This document shows positions 17,412 to 24,000 of a stretch of 24,000 nt of DNA, in pieces (the first letter of the stretch is position 1; each line of letters begins with the position of its first letter). The stretch is from Enterococcus phage vB_EfaM_Ef2.1. Location: the sequence record MK693030.1; one strand, written 5' to 3'. The position numbers and the translations under genes are program-made. The notes under the pieces were generated by a model that made no database searches, was not told the origin of the DNA, and was given only the letters and a program-made list of their open reading frames with translations.

Positions 17412-17430
17412 AGTTTTTCTTTACTATTTA

Positions 17431-17460
17431 ATAATAGCACAACCTCTATTATTTTGTCAA
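17431..17460 (-). promoter_or_regulatory. extended -10 sigmaA-type promoter for the large ncRNA candidate
   Basis: Minus strand TTGACA, 18-nt spacer, TATTAT with TG one nt upstream (TGCTATTAT). Predicted start falls about 10-15 nt upstream of the terminal helix. Confidence 0.75.
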
Positions 17461-17532
17461 CTACTTTTTTAGAGAGGGTGCCCCTAATTTTATATAGGGG
17501 CAAGAGATATTAAACATAGCTGAGCTATGTAA

Positions 17533-17584
17533 AAGCTAATGTAGGAATTGAACCTACTTAATGTAAGCAACACCAGTTTAGCTT
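17533..17584 (-). ncRNA. tRNA-like element, about 52 nt, canonical T-arm, lacks a full set of arms
   Basis: AAGCUAA...UUAGCUU 7-bp closing helix with GUAGG-UUCAAUU-CCUAC T-arm; only 20 nt between the acceptor 5' strand and the T-arm. Confidence 0.55.
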
Positions 17585-17613
17585 ATAAGCATTGTTTGCA
17601 AAGTCCATGCTAT

Positions 17614-17666
17614 GCACTCAGTAGGAATCGAACCTATTGCCGAAGGTACCAAACTACCCTGAGTGC
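17614..17666 (-). ncRNA. tRNA-like element, 53 nt, no room for an anticodon arm
   Basis: GCACUCA/UGAGUGC perfect 7-bp acceptor, GGUAGUUUGGUACC D-arm-like segment, UAGG-UUCGAUU-CCUA T-arm; only 22 nt between acceptor and T-arm. Confidence 0.6.
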
Positions 17667-17788
17667 TCCTATAGATATATTATACCACATAACGAGATAT
17701 TAATTTTTTTTGGTGATACAGTATATCTATATTTTTTAAAATTTTAGAAATACCTTTGATACATTCCGGTTATCCAACGTATGAATAT

Positions 17789-17817
17789 ATAATATCATGT
17801 TATTCTGATTGTGTCAA
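17789..17817 (-). promoter_or_regulatory. sigmaA-type promoter toward the RNA array
   Basis: Minus strand TTGACA, 17-nt spacer, TATTAT. Confidence 0.75.
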
Positions 17818-17848
17818 TAACTTTTTTACATTTTTTTTATAATTGTGT

Positions 17849-17977
17849 AATGTCCTATTTCTTTTTTTCTGATTCCTTATATTTATAATATATACTATAT
17901 AGTACTATATATATATTAATTACTATTAGATATTATATATAGATAATAAGAATCTAGGAAATTTAAAATAGGACATT
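17849..17977. repeat. long imperfect palindrome, copy 1 (bounded by AATGTCCTATTT / AAATAGGACATT)
   Basis: 12-bp perfect terminal inverted repeat with a partially complementary AT-rich interior. Confidence 0.75.
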
Positions 17978-18027
17978 CTAATGCTGACTCAGTTACAATA
18001 AACTTATGGTGGCTACCTTTTTACAAA

Positions 18028-18151
18028 AATGTCCTATTTCATTTTTTCTATCTCCTTATATTATTATTTATAATATATAGTATTAAGTATTATATATTAT
18101 TATATATATAGTATATAATATAAGAAAGACAAAAATTTAAAATAGGACATT
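18028..18151. repeat. long imperfect palindrome, copy 2 (same termini as copy 1)
   Basis: Same AATGTCCTATTT / AAATAGGACATT ends and similar interior CTCCTTATATTATTAT... Confidence 0.75.
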
Positions 18152-18169
18152 TTACTTAAACAAAAAAAA

Positions 18170-18189
18170 AGAGAGCAGTTAAGCCCTCT
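18170..18189 (-). terminator. rho-independent terminator of the 18189-19230 minus-strand genes
   Basis: Minus strand AGAGGGC-ttaact-GCTCTCT followed by TTTTTTTT. Confidence 0.8.
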
Positions 18190-18527
18190 TATCTTAATGA
18201 GAAATAGTTATTAATTGTTCCCAATCTGACTTCCTCATCTTCTGGTGTTTCATCCTCTGGTTTCGTATACAAGCTAGTGATTCTTTCTGGAACATCTACT
18301 ACGTTCTCAGTAGCTGTCTGTATCTGGAATGCATTTACATAAGTTAACTCAGAATCTCTATCAGCTAGTTTATGAACTGGAATCATTGGCAACTCTGCAC
18401 CTTTCATTGCACCATTTACAATTGACATTGCATCATTAGTTGTTACACCGAGTCTTCTAGGGAACACAGAATATGTCCCAGATGCTAATGAAACCTCTAC
18501 AACTTTCTCTCTTTTAGGGTAATTCAT
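18189..18527 (-). CDS. hypothetical phage protein
   Basis: ORF track; AGGAG SD upstream. Confidence 0.7.
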   Translation of the reverse strand: MNYPKREKVVEVSLASGTYSVFPRRLGVTTNDAMSIVNGAMKGAELPMIPVHKLADRDSELTYVNAFQIQTATENVVDVPERITSLYTKPEDETPEDEEVRLGTINNYFSLR

Positions 18528-18590
18528 GATACTTCTCCTTTCAAAATATGTTATAATAATACTATATACTATAATAACACATTTTACAAA

Positions 18591-18935
18591 TTACTTAAAC
18601 ATGCTGAACACGTAAGTGACAACTGCTCCTAAGACAATCATAAAAACGTTCTCTACAATATCCCTCTTGTGGTCGAACTCTTTATCGTTTACTCCTTCCA
18701 GTGCATCTATAGTTTCTTCCAACTTAGTAATCTGGTAGGTTAGGTGTGCATATTTTTCTTCGTGAACAGCAAGTCGCTTATCAAGACTATTGACAATATC
18801 TCTCAACTCACTAACCGCACTATTCAGTTCTACATTGTCCTGTTTAATGCCCTTCTCGGTTAGCTCTCCATGTTGGAGTTTATCTTCCAGTCGTTGTAGT
18901 CTTAAAACAAGGTCATTTACTTGGTAATCGTTCAT
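18591..18935 (-). CDS. coiled-coil protein with C-terminal TM segment
   Basis: Heptad-like sequence followed by NVFMIVLGAVVTYVFSMFK. XhlA-like architecture, but family not confirmed. Confidence 0.7.
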   Translation of the reverse strand: MNDYQVNDLVLRLQRLEDKLQHGELTEKGIKQDNVELNSAVSELRDIVNSLDKRLAVHEEKYAHLTYQITKLEETIDALEGVNDKEFDHKRDIVENVFMIVLGAVVTYVFSMFK

Positions 18936-18969
18936 ATATGCTCCTCCCTGTAAGTTATGTTGCTCTATA

Positions 18970-19230
18970 TTAGTCAGATGTAAACCACAGACAGACTAGT
19001 ATACCTATAATAGCGCCTACCGTGTAGACTATAGGTATATAGTACCCATTAAAAAACAAGTATAGACTACCTATACTAATTCCATAGAGCACGAAAGTGA
19101 ACTTGTATGATGCCAAAGGGCTCAGTTCTGCTTGTAGTTTCTTATACTGTAGTGCACGAGTGACATAGTAGGACATCAAGTAAACAAACATTTGTAGTAA
19201 CAGTACACAGACCAGTGCTGTTTCATACAT
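18970..19230 (-). CDS. multi-pass membrane protein of unknown function
   Basis: Three hydrophobic segments; GGGAGG SD. Confidence 0.65.
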   Translation of the reverse strand: MYETALVCVLLLQMFVYLMSYYVTRALQYKKLQAELSPLASYKFTFVLYGISIGSLYLFFNGYYIPIVYTVGAIIGILVCLWFTSD

Positions 19231-19337
19231 TATGTTGTTCCCTCCTCTCCCTTAGAGCTACTATTAATATAGTACACTGAGCTGTTAGCAAACAGGTGTG
19301 CTAAATTAATATAGAGACTAAAAATGTAGACGGGAGA

Positions 19338-19616
19338 GTGGTAAAAATGGATAATAGCAAACGAATTATTAAAAAAATTATTTTTATTACCATCTCTGCA
19401 TTAGTCATGGTTACTTTAAGTAAGCTGTTCTCTAAATATGTTATTGTAGAACAAAATGCCCCATTTCAGGCATTAATTGGCGGTGCCTCATGTGCACTGT
19501 TATCTAGTATTCTGTTTGATTGGTATACTAATAAAAAGAAAAAAGAGAACGTAGAGAATCAACTTAAAGAAGCAATCAGTGACTTGCAGAAGATTAAAGC
19601 TATCATAAAAAGATAG
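19338..19616 (+). CDS. small membrane protein with C-terminal helical tail; possibly starts at 19347
   Basis: Two hydrophobic segments; plus-strand gene of the terminase operon. Confidence 0.6.
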   Translation: MVKMDNSKRIIKKIIFITISALVMVTLSKLFSKYVIVEQNAPFQALIGGASCALLSSILFDWYTNKKKKENVENQLKEAISDLQKIKAIIKR

Positions 19617-19627
19617 CCTATTAGGAG

Positions 19628-19915
19628 GTGGGATGGGTGTCTATTACCAATAAAGACATTAAGGATAAACGTAGATATATTTTTAGTCAATCTAGTAAAA
19701 CAACAACTATAAAAAGAGGGGACAAACGCATAAGTAGTGCAACAAGAATATGTGCAGTTTGTGGAAGACCGCTATCTAAGCTCGTATTAAGAACAGGCGT
19801 ACCAACAGTAGTAGTAGACCATATTAGCTGTAAGATTTCAGACATTGTTAGATTAAATGTCTGTGAGGATATAAGGTCTTGTTATGCGTATTCTAGTAAG
19901 AAAGGAGAAAGCTAG
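19628..19915 (+). CDS. hypothetical protein with CxxC motif
   Basis: RICAVCGRPLSKL...VDHISCK; AGGAGG SD. Confidence 0.65.
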   Translation: MGWVSITNKDIKDKRRYIFSQSSKTTTIKRGDKRISSATRICAVCGRPLSKLVLRTGVPTVVVDHISCKISDIVRLNVCEDIRSCYAYSSKKGES

Positions 19916-19918
19916 CTA

Positions 19919-20347
19919 ATGGGTATGGCAGATAGACTTAAAGATAATGCAAAACAAAAAAAGTTAGAAAGAACACCAGAGCAACAACTAAGAGACACAT
20001 TTAACCAAGCTTCAATAAAACTTATCAATCAATTTATGGCTAACGTTACATCAGGTGCTATAGAAGTTGATGATATTGCAGATTTAACAAGGCTATTTCA
20101 GATTTATTTACAGGTTAATAATATAAATGATGGAATGCAAGAAGGTACAGGAACTCTACCTGCACTTACATCTGAGCATAAAGACATCATATCTGAAAAG
20201 GTTAGCACAGAAAAGATTATTAAGGACGGTGAAGAAGAGGAGCTAATTTCTCTTGATGAGTTAGCTAGTCTTCCAGATGACCAACTTGAGGAAGTCTTAG
20301 TTAACAGAGAGCTACAGATGAACAGAGAGAACGAGGCGACCTTCTAA
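19919..20347 (+). CDS. hypothetical protein immediately upstream of terL (possible small terminase subunit, position-based only)
   Basis: Stop overlaps the terL start (TAATG); helical, acidic C-terminus. Confidence 0.65.
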   Translation: MGMADRLKDNAKQKKLERTPEQQLRDTFNQASIKLINQFMANVTSGAIEVDDIADLTRLFQIYLQVNNINDGMQEGTGTLPALTSEHKDIISEKVSTEKIIKDGEEEELISLDELASLPDDQLEEVLVNRELQMNRENEATF

Positions 20348-20614
20348 TGACGACAAAAGCACAACATATAGCTAAAATGGCTAAAGAGATGTATGGTACA
20401 GATAAAATTACAACGGAGCAGTTAGCTTATATAACAGATATGCTGACCCCATCAACGTACCTATTGAGAAATCACTCTGTGCGTAATCACCCAATAACTT
20501 TTATTATATCAGGAAGGGATGCAACAAAAGCACAGGCACACCGACCTTGGCAACCAAAGATAATAAATGACCAACATAGAGACAAGGCAATAATTAAATC
20601 AAGACAGCTAGGGT
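20347..20614 (+). CDS. terL: terminase large subunit, exon 1
   Basis: Ends ...HRDKAIIKSRQLG inside a Walker-A-like motif. Continues in frame with exon 2 to give SRQLGLSEMGVGSMLQFAD. Confidence 0.88.
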
Positions 20615-21904
20615 TAAGATTAGCCCCTTTATAAAGCAATTTGTAAAGAAAACTCTGTTAAACGGGCATAGCTGAATAATCAATAAGCTGATAAGAGAAC
20701 CTAAGTCCTGAAAAGGATAGAGGCAATCCCGTGCTAAATCAGTGCAAAGCACTGTAAATGCCTAACGACTAAATTTCTAGGTAGCTAACCAAACGGGGTT
20801 AGTGAGAACTAGATAAGAAAATATATTTTCTTACGATGCCAACTGACAAAATTTAATGTGTGCTATATTACGTATAGAAAACATTAAGGAGTTGCATCAC
20901 GAATGAGAAGAAAAACAAATGAAGAATTTTTAGCTGACTTGTATAGGGTACATGGGGATGAATACACTCCGTTAGAACCGTATACAAAGTCAAATACTCC
21001 AATCAAGGTTAGACATAATAACTGTGGAAACATATACACCACAACACCTAATAGACTCTCTCGTAGTGGCTGTCCTCAATGTTTTGGCAATTTTGCTAAG
21101 AAAAAGGGCACGAAAACTTTTAATAGAGAAGTGTTTGAACTAGTAGGTAATGAATACACCGTAGTTGGTGAGTATGTAAACAGAGCTACACCTATTGATA
21201 TTGTCCACAACAAATGTGGAACTCTATGTAAAATATCAGCAGGAAACTTTCTATGTGGTACTCGATGTGCGAAATGCGCTAAAGACTCACTAAGGTTAAC
21301 TAAAGAAGAAGCTGAGCATAAAATGCAAGAGACAATAGGTACCGACTTTAGAATTGTTGGAGAGTACACCAACATGCAAACCAAAGTAGCTGTATTACAC
21401 GAAACATGTGGTAACATATCCCATATTAGACTAACAGATGTTGTGTATAAAGGTGTTTCTTGCAGGTACTGCAACATGCCTAACGGAGAGAAACTCATCA
21501 AATCTGTGTTAACTCAACTCGGACTATCTTTTGAGATGCAAAAAACATTTGATGATTTAAAGAACATAAATAAGTTATCTTATGATTTTTATGTTCCGAG
21601 TAAGGAACTACTTATCGAATACCAAGGAGAACAACACTTCAAGTGTAAGAACTTCGGAGGTATGTCAAAAGAAAAAGCCCAGATTAAATTTGAGTTACAG
21701 CAAATTAATGATGAGTTAAAAAGAGAGTACGCTAAAGCTAAAGGTTTTAATCTAATTGAAGTTCCATATACGGTTAAAACTCTATCAGACGTTAAAAAAT
21801 TCTTAGAAGAAAATATAAAGTAAAGCAGAGCAACCTAAACCAAAAATTAGGTTGATGATATAGTCTAGTCCCCTAATAAATATCGGGAAACCGAGGGTAT
21901 AACG
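20615..21904 (+). other. group I intron in terL
   Basis: P1: exon GGGU pairs with intron GCCC (20623-20626) with the conserved U-G at the splice site, extended by UA/UA. P7-type GACTA (20767) / TAGTC (21861) in td-like contexts TAACGACTA and GATATAGTCT. 3'-terminal G at 21904. Exact splice restores the reading frame. Confidence 0.88.
20903..21823 (+). CDS. intron-encoded homing endonuclease (Vsr/EDxHD-like, I-Bth0305I type) with repeated zinc-finger-like modules
   Basis: Three HxxCG...CxxC modules then SYDFYVPSKELLIEYQGEQHFK; GGAG SD; located wholly inside the intron. Confidence 0.78.
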   Translation: MRRKTNEEFLADLYRVHGDEYTPLEPYTKSNTPIKVRHNNCGNIYTTTPNRLSRSGCPQCFGNFAKKKGTKTFNREVFELVGNEYTVVGEYVNRATPIDIVHNKCGTLCKISAGNFLCGTRCAKCAKDSLRLTKEEAEHKMQETIGTDFRIVGEYTNMQTKVAVLHETCGNISHIRLTDVVYKGVSCRYCNMPNGEKLIKSVLTQLGLSFEMQKTFDDLKNINKLSYDFYVPSKELLIEYQGEQHFKCKNFGGMSKEKAQIKFELQQINDELKREYAKAKGFNLIEVPYTVKTLSDVKKFLEENIK

Positions 21905-23472
21905 TAAGTGAGATGGGTGTTGGTTCTATGCTACAGTTTGCAGACACACATAGTTATGATGCTGTTAAATGTCTTTATACATTTCCAACGAATGAGCAAA
22001 TGACTAAATTTGTACAGACAAGGTTAGACCCTGTTTTACAGAATGGGTACTACAGCACAATTGTAGACCAAGAAGTTAACTCATTAAAAGCTAAAAAAAT
22101 AAGAAATAGCTTTTTGTATTTTCGTTCAAGCTCAAAACCGGGCGCTGTAGAGGGTGTCGATATTGACTATCTATCTATGGACGAGTATGACCGTGTACCT
22201 GCACTAGCAGAGGCTTCTGCGTTGGAATCCATGTCTTCCTCACCTTATAAGATAGTTAACAGATGGAGCACCCCAAGTGCCCCAGATATGGGAATACATG
22301 GACTCTTTAAAGGTTCAGACCAACATTGGTATTTACATAAATGTGAGAAATGTAATTATTATAACGAAATGAGTTATGATGCATATACACCAGAGGCTCC
22401 TGTAGAAAGTAGAGGTAACATTCTTTGTGTTAACCCAAAAGGGGTTGATGTTGTTGCTAAAACAGTAGTTGACGGCTCATTCCAGTTTGTTTGCCAAAAA
22501 TGTGGAGAACCGTTAGACAGATGGTACAACGGTGTATGGGTGCCTAAATACCCTGATAGAACAAAAAATGGTCTAGGTACTAGAGGATATATGATTTCCC
22601 AAATGAACGCAGTATGGGTAACTGCAGACCAGTTAAAGACCAAAGAACTTCAATCATTGTCTAAACAAGCCTTTTATAACTATACTCTTGGATACCCTTA
22701 TGCAGACTTGAAATTAACTGTTAACGACTCTGACGTTGATAGCCATAAGAGAAACTATTTAGTAGAACCTGCTAAAGACAGAGGTGACTATAAATTTATA
22801 TCTGTTGGTATTGACTGGGGTAACAGACATTGGGTATCTATACATGGTGTTAAAACAAATGGTACGGTAGATTTGATAAAACTTTTTTCTGTGGGTAAGT
22901 CCAACCCGCTAGACCCTAATGCAATAGATGTAGACATACAGTCTATAAAATTACAGCTAGCTCCTTACAATCCAGATATAATCGTAGCTGACGTAGGGGA
23001 CTCAGGGGATAAAGTTGCTAAACTTATGCAAATTTATGGAAAAGAACGAGTTTTTGGGTGTGTCTACCCATCAACCCCTAAATCTACTGGTAACCTAGTG
23101 CCTACTTGGAGCCCACAAGCAAATAAAGTATCCGCTGACAAGTTAATGCAGAATAAACGTTACATTAACAAGATGAAAGAAGGAGAAATAGGTTACTACT
23201 CAAAACCAGATACAGAGCTTAATTTATATAAAGAGCACTGGAAGAATGTTGTTATACGTGATATTGAGGACGAAAAGACATCGACAGGTTTTAGACAAAT
23301 TATCGGCAGAAAAGGTGATGACCACTACTCACAAGCAAGCGTTTATTCCATGTTAGGGTATGAGTACCTAATGAATGTATTTACAGGAGTAAAAGAGTAT
23401 GGATTTGACTCTGATTGGGTGTCCACTCAGTTAGCACCTACGAAACCTGATATATTTACAGAATTTGTATAG
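21905..23472 (+). CDS. terL: terminase large subunit, exon 2
   Basis: GVDIDYLSMDEYDRVP (Walker B-like), VGIDWGNRHWVSIHGV and IVADVGDSGDKV (nuclease-domain acidic motifs), CEKCNYYN...CQKCGEPLDRW. Confidence 0.9.
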
Positions 23473-23478
23473 GTAGAT

Positions 23479-23517
23479 TGCCTTATTTAGTTTTAGTCAA
23501 GCTGAATAAGGCATTTT
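23479..23517 (+). terminator. rho-independent terminator after terL
   Basis: TGCCTTATT...AATAAGGCA followed by TTTTG. Confidence 0.7.
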
Positions 23518-23520
23518 GTA

Positions 23521-23549
23521 TTGTTTGATATATATTTTTGTGGTATAAT
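23521..23549 (+). promoter_or_regulatory. probable promoter for the next gene
   Basis: TTGTTT, 17-nt spacer, TATAAT. Confidence 0.5.
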
Positions 23550-23571
23550 AAATATAGTTAGGGGGATAGTT

Positions 23572-24000
23572 ATGGTAGACAACAATGTAAAAATAAGTAA
23601 AAGTACAATTGAAGGACTAATAAATAAGTCTTTAAGTTATGAGTACGTTATAAAAAATAACGAATTGCTGACAAACGAATATCAACATATTGTCAAAGCG
23701 TATGGGTTTGACAATTTTTATGACATGTACCTATACGCAGATAGCTGTGATTCTAAAGATATGTATTTAGTAAAAGGTGGTCAAAAAGACTTGTCTAAGC
23801 TGAAACCTGTTAAAAGAAAAGTTGTTAGAAATGGTAAAACTATGACTACAACTATTTATGAAGATACAGGCAGTTCAGACAGTAATAACAGTAACCCTTT
23901 AGACAAAGAGAGTAAAAAGAAAAAAGAGTTAGAACCAGTTAATGCTAAGGAACTACGTAAGGTCAGCTTAGGTAGTGATGAAGAAGAGAAGTTAGACCCT
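23572..24000 (+). CDS. hypothetical phage protein, truncated by window end
   Basis: Open from ATG at 23572 (SD GGGGG) to the window end: MVDNNVKISKSTIEGLINKSLSYEYVIKNNELL... Confidence 0.7.
   Translation, partial: MVDNNVKISKSTIEGLINKSLSYEYVIKNNELLTNEYQHIVKAYGFDNFYDMYLYADSCDSKDMYLVKGGQKDLSKLKPVKRKVVRNGKTMTTTIYEDTGSSDSNNSNPLDKESKKKKELEPVNAKELRKVSLGSDEEEKLDP

Noticed and set aside
17849-18151. CRISPR array
   Set aside because: Only two element copies, each a long palindrome with no regular repeat-spacer units; not CRISPR-like.
21076-21501. Minus-strand ORF of 141 aa
   Set aside because: Antisense to the homing endonuclease; composition looks like the reverse complement of coding sequence.
22374-22643. 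Minus-strand ORF
   Set aside because: Antisense to terL exon 2.

Overview
The window is a segment of a low-GC, virulent-looking Caudoviricetes genome, most likely an SPO1/Twort-like (Herelleviridae-type) phage of a Firmicutes host; that lineage call is inference. From the left end to about 19.2 kb, coding is on the minus strand: small hypothetical genes, thymidylate synthase, an SPFH/band-7 protein coupled to a tiny membrane protein, ribonucleotide reductase nrdH-nrdE-nrdF, an XRE-type HTH protein and an AAA+ ATPase. From about 13.0 to 17.7 kb lies a tRNA/non-coding RNA array with tRNAs for Thr, Tyr, Met, Pro, Leu, Arg, Trp and Asp plus one odd class-II tRNA-like. Right of 19.3 kb, genes are on the plus strand and lead into terL, which is split by a group I intron (about 20615-21904) carrying a homing-endonuclease ORF. 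The strongest unexplained signal is a roughly 600-nt minus-strand non-coding element (16814-17411). Its ends form a 31-nt terminal helix (30/31 pairable, including two G-U wobbles), it contains several internal hairpins (one GUGA and one GAAA loop), and it sits just downstream of an extended -10 sigmaA-like promoter. It resembles large ornate phage RNAs (ROOL/GOLLD type) in size and context. Also notable are two roughly 53-nt tRNA-like elements with canonical T-arms but missing arms, a 95-nt three-way-junction element, and a tandem pair of roughly 125-nt AT-rich palindromes. All structures were found by eye and no database or folding run was made.
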